Shown one piece after another: positions 1 through 13,380 of a stretch of 64,000 nt of DNA. The translations under genes and the position numbers were made by a program. Origin of the DNA: Octopus vulgaris (Eukaryota). The notes below the pieces were generated by a model. The model had not been told where the DNA came from. It saw only the letters and a list, made by a program, of their open reading frames with translations, and searched no databases. How positions within the stretch are numbered: the stretch's first letter is position 1; every line of letters begins with the position of its first letter. Where the stretch lies: positions 53,692,001 to 53,756,000 of the forward strand of contig OX597819.1 of assembly GCA_951406725.2 (NCBI GenBank), given 5' to 3'.

Positions 1-16
1 GATTAACTATGAATTA

Positions 17-512
17 ATGAATAAGATTCCAACAGTCATTAAGAAGTACAAATCAGTTGATTCAGTCCTTGATGAAAATGAAGCTGTCCATTACCCAACA
101 GAATTCCCTAGTTGTCTTGATCCACCTGGAACACCCCCACATAAACCTTTTCTGAAGGTAGGAGTCCCAATACTGCTTCTAAGAAAGTTAGATCCTCCTA
201 AATTATGCAATGGTACAATGACAGAAGCTACCATCATCACTGGATGTGCTGCGGGAGAAGAGGTTTTCATTCCAAGAATTCCAATCAAACCAACAGACAT
301 GCCATCTGAGATCAAACGAACACAATTTCCAGTGTGACTTTGCTTTGCAATGTCTATTAATAAAGCTCAAGGTAAAACATTGAAATCTACTGGCTTACTT
401 TTCTCATGGTCAACTTTATGTTGGTTGCTCCAGGGTAGGTAGTTTGCAAGACCTATTTGTCTATGCTCCAAACCAGAAAACAAAGAATGTTGTTTACCCA
501 GAAGCTCTTACG
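17..512 (+). pseudogene. Helitron RepHel / PIF1-family helicase C-terminal fragment
   Basis: YPTEF..LDPPGTPPH..LKVGVPILLLRKLDPPKLCNGT, IPRIP, RTQFPV*LCFAMSINKAQG, FSHGQLYVGCSRV, TKNVVYPEAL; stop codon and deletions. Confidence 0.9.
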
Positions 513-555
513 TTAATTTCCTTCAGTATAAAAGTGGTAAATTTTGTATTTTCGT

Positions 556-1323
556 TTATTACCTCCAGGTATTGTTTTCAGTCGTGTTTGTTTGTTTGTC
601 CGTGGACAAGATATCTCAAGAACTGTTGGGTGGATTCGGATGAAACTTTCAGTGATGTTTAGCCCTGTGACTGGCATGGTCTCATTAGATTTTGGGATCA
701 ATCCGATACCGGACAAGGGTTCTGGATTATTTTTTAATATTTTCTTTATTTTATTTGTATATGTAAAGTTTCACATAGTTCTCTTGTACATGCACACGAA
801 TACACACATATACTCACACATTTTCAGCGTTAAACATTACCATCCCATTTCCATTCTACACACACACACCCACATGCACACACACACACATACACGCAAA
901 CATACCTCTCTTGTACACATACGTATACTCAGGCTTCAAACGCCGTTTATTGGCCTTTTCACCCCTTCCTTCGTTATTCATCTATCACGCCTTCCTTTCT
1001 CATTCATACAACGCTTTCTTTGCCACTTCGTTTCTTCTTTCTCACTGTTATTACTTTCTCTCGCACCTTTCCAATCATGGCTATTACTCTCACAACGTTT
1101 CCTTCACTGTATTAGAATTTCATCTCCTCTCCTTTCACCTCTCATTCAATATATAAATGAATGGATTACTTTTCCGTTTGAGAGCGATCGGGTTCATCTT
1201 TAGTATTCTCGTTTGTGAGAGCAGATTTTATTCCACATATTCTCATTTTAAAAATCATCTCCGATTAATCGTTGAGAGGACGTTGATGTTGCGTTGGCGG
1301 AGGTTTGCGCTCTCTGAGTGCTC

Positions 1324-1327
<4 letters not shown>
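556..1327 (+). mobile_element. HINE/DINE-1-like (Helentron-associated) non-autonomous element nested in the Helitron
   Basis: 5' TTATTACCTCC followed by a (GTTT)n tract; 3' subTIR TTGGCGGAGGT, hairpin GCGCTC-TCT-GAGTGC and TT end at 1294-1327. Confidence 0.6.
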
Positions 1328-1391
<64 letters not shown>

Positions 1392-1531
1392 TCGTATTAT
1401 GAATTCAGAATTGATTTCCCAATTAAAGAATAAATTGAATTTAGAATAACAAATTCCTATACGACATATTTTGCTTTTTTCTTCCAATACATAAAGAAAA
1501 AATTTCGTTCCCGGGCAACGCCGGGTGTCTC

Positions 1532-1656
1532 TTATTTCTTTTACTGCCCGCAAGTGGCTATACACAGAGGGGACAAACAATTACAGACAAACGGATTAAG
1601 TCGATTATATCGATCTCAGTGCGCAACTGGTACTTAATTTATCGACCCCGAAAGGA
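1532..1656 (-). mobile_element. SINE family B, 3' half
   Basis: Matches the 3' half of full copies at 16301 and 44225. Confidence 0.8.
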
Positions 1657-3200
1657 TATATATATATATATATATATATAAAGCTTATAACAGGTCACAC
1701 ATTTCTGTGTTCACAATATATTAGCAACAAGTTGAAGACAGATGTTTGCATAACGTGTGAACGTAAAAATGTAAACACTAGTTGTAAACATGTTATCGGC
1801 CAATTGTTACAGACAAGATGAGTTGATGGAGAGAAGAGACAGAGACGGGCTGATGACGATGAGAGAGAGAGAGAGAGAGAGAAAACAGAGAGAGGGGAAA
1901 GAAAGAGGAGGAGGATGGTTACTTCTCTGTTGCAGCAACAAGTGCAGCAGCAGTAGGAGACACTGCTTCCTCTACCCGCCTCTCTCTCTCTCTCTCTCCT
2001 TCTCTTACTGTCCATCTACCTGTTTCACTTTCTGTGTACGGTTGCGTGAGCGCGTGTGCATTTTTCCATCCACATCTTTCTGTCACAACCCTCTCGTTCT
2101 CTGTTCCTCTCCTCCTCCTCCCGCTCCTCCTTTCCTCTTCCAATTCTTCTTCTCCTCCTACCCTCACTCACTCCCTTCTTCCGCTCCCTCTCCCTCTCTC
2201 TCTGTTTATCATTCTTTCTCTCTCGCTCAGATCCATTAAGCCGGCGTTTCTATTGATTCCCGTTACATTCAAAAGATCGGGCGTCGTCGTCGGGTATTTT
2301 TTTTTTGTTTTTGGAAAGGTGTGAAAGACAAGAGTTATGGACTCTTTCCAAACACAACCTCTAAGATCTTCATTACAAAAGTATTAACCACTGACTATCA
2401 ACCTTATTACTTACTAGCCATCAACTTCTCTGCCTATATCATCCATCAAACATCATCAATATCAAAATCATCACCCATTTCTGTAGTCACCGTTGTTACT
2501 ATTATTATTATTATTATTATTATTATTATCATATTTATAATCATTACTATTATCACAAGTATCAGCAGCAGCAGCAGCGACGACGACGGAAACAACAATA
2601 ACAACAACAGCAACAACAACAACAACAACGACGACGCAGAAAGTCTGATGAAAGTTACAATAATAATATTATCAATAACTTCTGTAGGCAACCCCCGAAT
2701 GGAAAATTTAAAGGATAGAAATCAAAACAAACTCTGAGTGAAAGGAAGCAGACACACTCGTGTACTTGTTGGAATTTCAAATCTGCCTGCCTGCCTGTCT
2801 GTCTGTCTGTCTGTGTCTCAATTTCCTTTCCATCTCTTTTTATCTGCTCCCTCCACCTATATATGCATTTTACATTTTAATCAATGAAAAGTCATTCTTC
2901 CTAACTTATATCAATCAATCAATCAATCAATCGAAGATCAATCCAAGTATATATAAATATAAATACATATATATATACATACTTGACTGTGTGTGTGTGT
3001 TTATATATATATATTTATGTATGTGTGTATGTACGTAGACCTGAGAAAATATATATAGTTAATAATAACTAGCCCCTTATACACACAAACATATTTATAC
3101 TTACGTACCTACATACATAATACCTCGTGTTAATAAATACATAATTCATATACGTACAATTCAAACACACGCACACATACAAACATTTACAGTATCTGTC

Positions 3201-3269
<69 letters not shown>

Positions 3270-4895
3270 ACATACACATATGCGTATGTTGATATATTAA
3301 CATAAGTACCTATATGTATATGTATGTATATCTAAATATATCTATAACATATATCATTTATGTATATTAAGATATAAGGAACTTTTAACAGCCGTAAGAA
3401 CTTCGAGGAACTGGAAACATTTCGGAAATTGTATATTGTGAATATCAACTCAAAACATCAACGGATTAAAACGCGTGGATATCTCAGGGGATTTTAATCT
3501 TTATAATTGTCTATTTTTAAAAAGACATCATTTTGTTTTAATTTAAAAAAAAAAAAAATTATTTACCTCTGTGAAATTATTATCCGAACACAGAACACTA
3601 CTTTTTGCACCAGTCTCTAAGAAACAGCTACATATAGAAGGTAAAGTTAAAATGAAAACCATCCACCTACAAAATCAAGATTTGCAATCCATACATTTAC
3701 GTCAATTTATTTTACCTGGGTAATGATATATTATTATATGTAATTGAACAAATAATCCAGACGGTGGGTGTTGGCTTTTCTTTCAAACGATCCTTTATAA
3801 ATATAAAGTAATATTATCGAGTGTTTAACTGAGAAAAAAGAAAAATATCAACTAGAAAGCAACAGCAACAAACTTTAAATGCAACGACAGACAGCTGACC
3901 ATTTTGGCTGCTTTTCTTATGTTTTGAGTTCAAATCCTGTTGTAGTGAATGAAACAAAACAAAATAATAAATACCAACAAGATAATGCAGTCGTTTTAGT
4001 TGACTTGTAATAAACGCCCCTTTTATTACCAAAAAACAAAACAAAAAGAAAAGACAGAGAAACAAAAAGCTGGCTTTTTGCCACAATAAGAAGTCCTTAC
4101 CATATCTCTGCATTTTAAAAACTTTTTGGTGGATCACACGTAAGTACGACAATTACTATTAATATTAACAAGCAGAATAATATTATAAGTCTGTTGATGC
4201 TGTTACTGTTATTTAAACCTAAGTCAGACGTCACCGGTAGATCTATGATAAAAATATTCCAACCATAGCCAACTCGTCTTTTTTCAAAATGTTTTTTTTT
4301 TCAGGCACAGTATATTTAAGATTGTATCATCCAACGCGTCCATGTCTTTGTCTGTCTAACTGTCAGTCTGTCTGTCTGTCTGTCTCTTGTTTACAGACTG
4401 ATTTGAGAAAAATTTAGCTGCTACATCTAGCACGCCGACCGACCGATATATAATGCTTGCATGGTCGGCTCGCATCGATGCTGGTTATGTTGATTGCGCG
4501 TTTGTTTATTAAATGTCAAACGTCCAGTGCTGATTGAATCGGGAAATAAATTAATGGTACGCAACAAGTACAAAGAGTGTGAAATTGTGTGTGTGTGTGT
4601 CTGTGGTGATACAGGAAAACAGAACTCAAAACGGGCATATAATTTTATATCTATATGTATGTATGTTTTTTTTTTATTTCCTCCAGTCATTTTGACTGCG
4701 GCCATGCTGGAGCACCCCCCCCCCCAGTCGAACAAATCGACCCCAAGACTTATTCTTTTCTAAGTCTAGTACTTATTCTATCGGTCTCTTTTGCCGAACC
4801 GCTAAAGTAAACACATCAACATCGATTGTCGAGCGATGGTGGGCGAACAAACACAGATACACAAACAAATACGCACACACATATATATATATGAC

Positions 4896-5830
4896 GGCGA
4901 AGTTTCGCATGTCGTAGCGCAGATTTCCGTCGATTTCCGTAAAAAACTTTTATTTTTTTACATAAGTAATGAGAGCGAAAGAGACTAAGAGGAAGCGATT
5001 TTATGACGAGAAGGTTTCACTTTGAAATCGGCCTGTGTGTGTTTGATGGGGTGTGGGAGACAGACAGTATGTTGTGTAAGTGAAGTGCTTCTGTTAGTGT
5101 GTGTGAAGAGACAGAGAGAGTAATGTGTGAAAGAGAGAGATAACTGATTTTTTACTCGGTGTATGTGTATATGTATGTATGCATGTATGTGTATATGTAT
5201 GTATGCATGTATCTATGTATGTGTGTGTGTGTAAGTATGTGTGTGTATATGTATGTATGTATGGCCGATTCATCGTAATTTTTTACTCGGTGTATGTGTA
5301 TATGTATGTCTGCATGTATGTGTGTGTGTGTATGTATCTATGTATGTGTGTATGTGTATGTATGTATGTGTGTATGTATCTATGTATGTGTGTGTGTGTA
5401 TGTATGTATGTGTGTATGTATGTATGGTCGATTCAGTGTAATTTTTTACTCGGTGTATGTGTATATGTATGTCTGCATGTATGTGTGTGTGTGTATGTAT
5501 CTATGTGTGTGTGTGTAAGTATGTGTGTGTGTATGTATGTGTGTGTGTATGTATCTATGTATGTGTGTGTGTGTATGTATGTATGTACTCGGTGTATGTG
5601 TATATGTATGTCTGTCTCTTCGCACACACTAACAGAAGCACTTCACTTACACAACATACTGTCTGTCTCCCACACCCCATCAAACACACACAGGCCGACT
5701 TCAAAGTGAAACCTTCTCGTCACAAAATCGCTTCCTCTTAGTCTCTTTCGCTCTCATTACTTATGTAAAAAAATAAAAGTTTTTTACGGAAATCGACGGA
5801 AATCTGTGCTACTACAACCGAAACTATGCC
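4896..5830. mobile_element. Foldback-type non-autonomous DNA element with about 220-bp TIRs
   Basis: 4896-5115 is the near-perfect reverse complement of 5610-5830 (GGC...GCC termini). Interior is tandem units of TTTTTACTCGGTGTATGTG plus (TG/TATG)n. Confidence 0.85.
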
Positions 5831-5846
5831 ATATGGTACTACTTAA

Positions 5847-6033
5847 GAAGAGTGGTCCCGGTGCGCGCACTCGCGTACTCGCGCATCCGCGTTAACTAGT
5901 CGTGACTAGTCGATCCTTACTTTGTGTTTTTGTTTTTATTTACTTTGTTAGGTAGTCGTTGTAGGATCGATTAGTCACGACTAGCTAACGCGGATACGCG
6001 AGTACGCGAGTGCGCGTACCGGGACCACTCTTC
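5847..6033. mobile_element. MITE with TTAA target duplication, Kolobok-like termini
   Basis: TTAA at 5843-5846 and 6034-6037; about 70-bp TIRs starting GAAGAGTGGTCCCGG. Purine-purine ends fit Kolobok rather than piggyBac. Confidence 0.75.
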
Positions 6034-6068
6034 TTAAATATGTCTACATACATACATACATACATACA

Positions 6069-6103
<35 letters not shown>

Positions 6104-6514
6104 GACGGGCTTCTTTCAGTTTCCGTCTACCAAATCCACTCGCAAGGCTTTGGTCGGCCCGAGGCTATAGTAGAAGACACTTGCCCAAGGTGCCACGCAG
6201 TGGGACTGAACCCGGAACCATCCGGTTGGTAAGCAAGCTACTTACCGCACAGCCACTCCTGCGCCTATGTATGTATTATTTAATCGGCAGAATATTACTG
6301 AGTGACTCGAAGGCCGAGAGTTTCGTACACACACACGCACACATGAAATGTTTTTGTTTATAGTGTTGGGCTCCTTGATATCTGTCATAATAAACCAAAC
6401 CGTACGGTATAAAAAGGACATTATTAACCAAACTGTTGTTGTTATTGTTTAACTCCGAAGGCAAACCTTATTGAGCAACACACCTATGATCAAATACGTT
6501 CCATCTGTCATCAT

Positions 6515-6703
6515 TTCTTCTTCTTCTTCTTCTTCTTCTTCTTCTTCTTCTTCTTCTTCTTCTTCTTCTTCTTCTTCTTCTTCTTCTTCTTCTTCTTCTT
6601 CTTCTTCTTCTTCTTCTTCTTCTTCTTCTTCTTCTTCTTCTTCTTCTTCTTCTTCTTCTTCTTCTTCTTCTTCTTCTTCTTCTTCTTCTTCTTCTTCTTC
6701 TTC
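6515..6703. repeat. (TTC)n microsatellite
   Basis: Pure trinucleotide run. Confidence 0.98.
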
Positions 6704-7125
6704 TGTGGACTGAATGCATTATCTAAAAAGAACCCACCACGCCCCTGTGTTATGATGCGTCTTGATTGGGGAGGGGAGGGGTGGGTGTTGGCTATTTCTT
6801 GAAGGTAGGTCGAACGACCACGGAGAGGCTTCTTCAGCGTTGGTTTGTATTACTTGTTAAGTGTCAATGTTTACTTGCAAACCCATCAGATTCCTAACAC
6901 TGCCCTAACTGGAATTGGGACGGTCACGAATCGAAAAGAGGCTGATAAAAAAAGAAAAAAATGTCTAAGACAATATGAACTAGCAGTGGTGTAAGTTGAA
7001 AGATGCCAATGAATCAAAACGAGTCGGCAAAAAATAAATTGGCTTAGTTGAGTGTCTGGAAGTGAAGACGAATTGTGATGTGGGGTTTCTGAGAATTGTA
7101 ACTTTTCTCCCTTTTTTTGTTGCCA

Positions 7126-7861
7126 GGGCACAGGAATGACCTTGTGATTAAGGCGTTCGCGCTGTAACTCCATAGTTTCGGGTTCAGTTATGCTGCACGG
7201 CACCTTGGGCAAGTATCTGCTACTATAGCCCCGGGGTGACGACTGCTTTATGAGTGTAATTTGGTTGACAGAAACTGTGTGGAAGTCCGTCGTGTGTACA
7301 TGTTTATGTGAAAAGCACTCAGTATACTCTGTAAAGTGTTTGGCGTTAGGAGGGGCATCCAGCCTTAGAAACCTTGGATCTATTCGGTTTGAACGGCAGT
7401 TTTTAACATAATTTCTAGGTAACTAAAAAATTTTAAACTTCGTATACTGGTAGAATGTGTTTATAAAACATCTTTTTCTCTTGGCTTTATTGAGAAAATT
7501 CTATAGTTTGTAAGATATTTGTTGTTTTTTTTCTTCAATTTCTGCAATTTCAACCAATCACTGACGTCTTTTGAATTAAAAACAAAAATTCTGTGCCGTA
7601 TGAATATGTCCCTCGTTTAAGAAACATATTGGATTTATTTACATTTGTGAAGAAAAAAAGATACCCTTCCCCCCACTCCTAACCCTAACCCTAAAAGAGA
7701 TTGAAATGCAATAGATCGATACTAGGGCCATAATTATGGGTGACAATTTCATATGACACCGCTAGAAAAAACTGTCGTTCAAACCGAAAAGATCCGAAAC
7801 CTTCCCAAAACAGACAATCGGAGCCTGGTGCAGTCTCCGGATTGCCAGTTCTAGTTGTTAA

Positions 7862-7893
<32 letters not shown>
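7126..7893 (+). mobile_element. Family-A-headed SINE with RTE-type tail and (GAT)n end, split by a MITE
   Basis: Degenerate tRNA head, GGCACCTTGGGCAAG body, tail GGCGTTAGGAGGGGCATCCAGCC...GTTAAATGATGATG. Confidence 0.65.
7376..7795. mobile_element. MITE with 8-bp TSD, Merlin-like
   Basis: TSD GAAACCTT at 7368-7375 and 7796-7803; about 29-bp TIRs GGATCTATTCGGTTTGAACGGCAGTTTTT; GG..CC termini; internal CCTAACCCTAACCCTAA. Confidence 0.75.
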
Positions 7894-7896
<3 letters not shown>

Positions 7897-8164
7897 ATAT
7901 ATATATATTTACACACACATACACACACATGTTTGTGTGTGTCTTTGTGTTTGTATACTTGTACCTCTTAACATAGCGGTTCAGCAACATAGTATGATAC
8001 ACTAAGCTCCATACTTTGAAAAATAAGATAAGTACTAGGTCGATTTATTCAACTTAACTCTTTAAGGTGATACCCCAATATGTCAACCAGAGTAACTGAC
8101 AAGGAGAACGATACAAAGACAGACAATTTACACAGAAGGGAATGATTTCTTAGAAAATGTTTTC

Positions 8165-10290
8165 AGGGTATATAAAAGTAACAAAAAGCATTGAATGCAA
8201 GTGTATATTGGTATGCATTATCAGAAAAACAAAGATGACGATAATACAGTCCTCTTGATACAGAAGGACTTCTAGGGTAATCAAGGAAGCTCACCAAGAT
8301 CTCCCTGAACATCAGAGGCACGCGACCTCTCCAATTTTTTTCTCTCCGACTTAGAGACTTATACTCAAGAGTGGTGCCATTCACTCTTGCCATTTTTGCT
8401 ACTTTCACCTATTTTTCAATAAATTCACTCGAGGACAGCATCTCACTCTTCACTCTCACCTTCCGTTTCTAGTGAAACTTGAAAAAAAAAAATCGGCGAG
8501 GGTTTTATCTAAGAGGAAAGTCTGTCCTCATACCTCTCAGCCTCGCCCATCACACGACAAAGGAAAACTGCTTTCCCTACCCGATTAAAGGTAGGCGGCA
8601 GAGTAAACATCACCAAGGGTTCAGCTGATACCCGCACCCATCCTACTCGTGACAACAGCTGTTCGACATGACTCTGTAAGTAAGTAATGACTGCAGAATT
8701 CATGTTAAACTTCGGTTGCGCTCCTCGGTAGCACTGCCAGGCCAATGATTCCTGGAAATTATCCATAGAAGTCCTCGATCAGAAAGTCCCGCGGAGCACA
8801 CATTTGCTGGCAGCAGATGGACCTCCTAACCAGCAGAAAGCGTCCTTTCCACAATAAATTGAATAGCAAACGCTCCAATCTGATCAGATAATAACTGGCA
8901 CGACGGTCAGGCGGCAAACGTTAACGGGAAAAATGCAGGTATTCGCCACCTCCGCTTGCTCTTCCAGGAACTACTTCCTGTCAGTTAATTTCTAACCAAG
9001 ACTTGGCCATATTCGTCTCTTCGTCCCAGTTCCTATCCATCTGGATGTTGGGATCGAACCAGCCGTCGTGATCTGTCAGTCCAGCGTTCTACGATGCCGT
9101 CTAAGAGCACGGCTTGTCTTACTCCAGGTGCCCAACCTCAAGTCCACCGACTAGTGCGCGTTGATCATGGACTCTGTCACCATCTCGTATTCCCTTAGAA
9201 TGGTGCCAACCGTCTTCATTTTGGTGGTATCCAACACCATGATGGTTATGTTTTCCGCGTACGCCGACACAGCCCTTTCGGGCCCTAGTTTGAGACGGTT
9301 CCTAGTGCGAAATGGTTCCGAGTGGTCGCGATTTACTTTGACCACCAAGCGGATACCGCTGTGCATTGTAGGGATCCAGCCTCTGAAAACGAGCTTTGGA
9401 CTGATCCAAATTGATTAGGGTTCCACCAAATCCAGCTTGATTCCAGCCCTCTGTATGATGTATTGCTTAAGGTGGAAATTGTTGTGGATGGATTTGCACT
9501 TCCCCGACCAAATCATCGACAACAAGTGCTAACTCTGTGATTAGCAAAATTATGAGCTGAAGATTACCTACCACATCCCCTTTGTTGGTATCCTTTTTAA
9601 GCAGCGTTACCACTTCCCGGCTCAGTTCTAAGAATTGTTCCATTCTGCTGCCTAGTTGCCAAACAAATCCGGCATGAACTTATATAATTCGTAGAGTAGA
9701 TCATCCAAACCGGGTTATTTGCACCATCGCATCGTGAATTTTAGCAGCTGTTGTCAGTTTTTCATTGGACATTACATATTCTGCAGTAGGTCCTCGAGTT
9801 AAGAACTAAAGTTTGTTACCGTCTCTGACCCATCGCCTTCCCCGTCCAGTCGGGCAAAGTTCTTCTGGAAAGCCGTACACATCTGCTTGAAAGCCGATCA
9901 GTAGCACGCGCCCGTCCCGAACTGTCAAAGAACTGATTGTCGCGCCTCTCGCTCTCGAAACCATCAGACAACTTTTGTTCCCTCGTAATTAAGAACACGG
10001 GCTCTGACAGCGCAGCCTTTGAGTTTCACTTCGAAGAAATGGTCAAAGACCTTCTCGCCACTAACAGGTCGGTTGTTATGCCTTACTAAATGTCTCTTCT
10101 TGAGTACCGTCTAATTCTCCCTCTAATCTGTTTCTCTCTATTGCTAGCCCTTTGCTAAACGCAATCGATTCTGTTCTAATCGCCCTCTTCAGAGTGCCCC
10201 ACTACCGGTTGTTGACGATTGCTTACGTCAACTGCCGCTCAACAAGTTCAACAAGTACTTATTGTCTTTGTGTGCTAATAAGAACATGTT
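8165..10290 (-). mobile_element. L1/Tx1-clade non-LTR retrotransposon relic (ORF2 remnants)
   Basis: Minus-strand remnants GCAVRARV..EG, K*PGLDDLLYELY, SAYAENITIMV (decayed YADD), EYEMVT..MIN...LRLGTW, LAWQCYRGA; many stops and frameshifts. Confidence 0.8.
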
Positions 10291-11686
10291 CAACTTCCAT
10301 TAACTGAGACCCTGTCTATGGGTCCAATATACGTCGACCGATCAGATCATAACTTTGTGGTCTGTATTAGCCGACCAGTTTGAACTGTGGACATCTTACG
10401 CTATTTCTATTTGTTGGTTAAACAAATATTCTGTCTATGTATGATTGCTCTATGTCTACACTCTACTCGCCGCTTTCATTTCAATACATATTTCATAAAT
10501 CTTATGATCTTCAAACGTCATGTAAAAAAAAAAAAAGATCTTCCGTTGGTTTCCATGACGCGTATTCCAGTTTGTCAGTCAATGAGACTACCTACTCATG
10601 AATTATTATAGAAATTGACTGAGTATTCTACATACCCTTATAGCTTTAATGTAATACCGAAGCAAAACCCAGTTTGACACCGTGTGTGACAAAGCTAACC
10701 GTTTAAATTTCATTTACGCAGTTCAGCTGATTGACTGTCACACATGTTCTGTCCACCTGATTTCACTCATCAGATAACGCAATTCAGGACCACGGTAGAA
10801 TACACAATACATTTGCACAATGTGCCGAGTTGTGGGGTCGAACATGATTGTCAAGCGAATTGCTAAATTATTCCGTTACTTTTCAAAAACATACGCCCAT
10901 ATTTTACACTTTCACAAATCGAGTCCTTTAAAACGTACCACCGTCACCAGTATAACTAAATAATTAGAGCTTATTCGTTCGAATATAATGATTTACTCCG
11001 GCGTTACTCAGAGATTGTTACCACGCCCAATCATTTATACGGCAACATTGGCGGGACAAATATCACGTGATGTTTCGTCCGACAGCACCACTTAGTTTTT
11101 CCAACTACACTCTTCTCACTTTGAAGATGAGGTTTATGAGGTTTTACTTAATGAATGAGCGATATTTACCCACCCACTTTTTCTGTTTCTTTATCTCTAT
11201 TACCTTGAACCTTGAGTGTACGCTTTCACTAACTCTATCTCTTTTTCTCTCGCGCTCCCTTTCCAGCTGGGGAAGCTATGTACTCTCCTCTTTGGCAAAA
11301 CACCTGCTCTTGTCCTCCTATCATACTACCACATGTTTCACTACTATACGCGACTCAGTTGAAGGGGTCTTGTCTTGTGAATACTTGGTGACCCCGCCAG
11401 TGCTAGTGCCAGGAAAAACGTTCCAGTGCACTCTTCAAAGTGATTGGCATTAGGAAGGGCGTCCAGCTGTAGAAACCATGGCAAAGTTCGGTGAAGCCCT
11501 CTGGCTCGTTAGTTCTGGTTGAATCGACCAACCCGTGTGAGTGTGTAAGACACGCTAAACAATGATTGTGTGTGTGTGCGCGTATGTGTGTGTGTGTGTG
11601 TGTGTGCGCATGTGCGTAAATATATATATGTATATACACACACATATATGTTTATATATGTATGTGTATATCTATGTATATATGTA

Positions 11687-12978
11687 CGAGGGATGTTCAA
11701 TAAGTAATGCCTCTGACCCACTTGTATTTGTTTGATCTAGCTGAAATTTTGCATGTGCAATTATTTATATCTCTATAGATTAAGTGGAAAATTACAGCTC
11801 TGAACTAATTGTGGTTTCTGATTTACAAGTGTTTGAACTGAGTCAAGTGTGAAATGGAGCCTGTTGAGTGTCGAGCAGTGATCCGGGTTTTGTATTTGAA
11901 AGGACGCACACTACGGGAGACTTTTGATGAAATGAAAGTAACTTATGGTGATGATGCCCCATCATATGACCTTGTAAAACGGTGGCACTGTGAATTCAAA
12001 CATTGTCGGAACTCTGTGGAAACAGCTCCCAGATCTGGTCGCCCCCCTTCTGCCATTGATGAAGCATCTGTCTGTCAAGTTGAGGCTGCCATTTTGGAAG
12101 ATCGACGCATAACTATTCGCCAAATAGCCCATGAGGTCAAGATTAGTACCGGGTTTAGTGGAAACTATCATTCATGGCGATTTGCATATGCAAAAGGTGT
12201 CTGCCAGATGGATTCCCAGGTTGCTTACACCTTTCCAGAAGCAAGAACGCTTCGAGTGCTCGAGGATGAATTTGGAGATGTGCCAGGAAGATGAGTCAAA
12301 GTTTTTCAAAAGACTGATTACACAGGATGAAACCTGGGTCCATCACTATGATCCAGAGACCAAAGCCCAGTAAATGCAGTGGAAGCACCGTGACTCACCT
12401 CCTCCAAAGAAGGCAAGGGTGCAGCCCTCCGCTGGCAAGGTCACGCTCACAGGCTTCTGGGACCAGGACGGAGTAGTGATGACAGATTTCCTGGCAAAGG
12501 GTTATCATAATTACAGGAGCCTATTATGCTTCACTTTTGAGGAAATTAAGAGAAGCTATCAAAATCAAGAGGCGGGGCAAGATCAGCAAAGGCATCCTCC
12601 TCCTGTAGGACAACGCTCCGGTCCACAACTCGCGTGTCACCAGATCAGAAGCACAGGCGTGCGGCTATGAACTCCTCCTCCATCCTCCCTACTCTCCTGA
12701 CCTTGGACCCTCTGATTTTCACCTCTTCCCCCTGAAGTTGTTTTTGAAAGGAAAGCGTTTCGCAGATGATGCAGCCTTGATTTCTGAAGTCACGTCGTGA
12801 TTGGAGGACCAAGCTGGGGTCTTCTACAAAAACGATTTCCAGAGCTGCACCAAACGATGGTAGAAATGCGTAACTATGGGTGGTTCCTATGTAGAAAAAG
12901 ACTAATAACTGTGCCAAGTTTCGTTGCTCTACTGCTATGGGAAGTGGGTCAGAGGCATTACTTAATGAACGCACCTCG
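11687..12978 (+). mobile_element. Full-length mariner element (1292 bp)
   Basis: About 36-bp TIRs CGAGGGATGTTCAATAAGTAATGCCTCTGACCCACT; TA at 11685-11686 and 12979-12980. Confidence 0.95.
11854..12905 (+). pseudogene. mariner (DD34D) transposase, disrupted
   Basis: RSGRP, WIPRLL, TQDETWVHHYDPE, DNAPVH, HPPYSPDLGPSDFHLF; frameshifts and in-frame stops. Confidence 0.93.
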
Positions 12979-12984
12979 TATGTA

Positions 12985-13015
<31 letters not shown>

Positions 13016-13039
13016 TTATTTATGCACCCTTTTCAAATC

Positions 13040-13165
13040 TAGCTAGGTTCGTGGGCCCAGTCTCCTGGTTTCTATGATGTATGGAACGCCCGGTCTGGGA
13101 ATCGAAACCGCAATCCTCCGATCGCGAGTCCGCTTCCCTAACCACTGGGCTGTTGCGTTTCCACG
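13040..13165 (-). mobile_element. SINE family C, internally deleted
   Basis: tRNA head CCCAGTGGTTAGGG...GGTTTCGATTCCC. Confidence 0.7.
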
Positions 13166-13228
<63 letters not shown>

Positions 13229-13232
13229 GATA

Positions 13233-13380
13233 CAAAGAAAAACATGAAGACGAGGCAAAAAACAAACAAGGTGTATTAGGGTAACGCTAAAGAAAACTGG
13301 ATGAAGTTTTTAACGTTTCATGTTTATGATCTTCCACAGAAAAGATGGATGAAGAGAGAAATAAGCAAACGTGTCTGAAT
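13233..13380 (-). mobile_element. Penelope-like pLTR relic with decayed hammerhead motif
   Basis: Minus strand TTTT-CTGTGGA..GAAACGTT-AAAA; homologous to copies at 40360 and 50068. Confidence 0.55.

Larger units (their letters stand above)
1..1531 (+). mobile_element. Helitron 3' portion (decayed), 5' end outside window
   Basis: PIF1-type RepHel helicase C-terminus at 17-512. Typical Helitron subterminal hairpin CCCGG-GCAACG-CCGGG at 1510-1525. The CTRR end is not seen; a SINE starts at about 1532. Confidence 0.8.
4672..6266 (-). mobile_element. tRNA-derived SINE family A, split by two nested DNA elements
   Basis: Tail at 4672-4895 and head at 6100-6266 (A box TGGCTGTGCGG, B box GGTTCAGTCCC); matches intact copies at 14743 and 59935. 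Confidence 0.85.

Noticed and set aside
2321-2737. 138-aa ORF
   Set aside because: Built largely from ATT/AGC/AAC repeats, with no recognisable domain.
10750-10780. Minus-strand CTGATGA-GT-GAAA
   Set aside because: No room for stem II and no supporting stem I or III.
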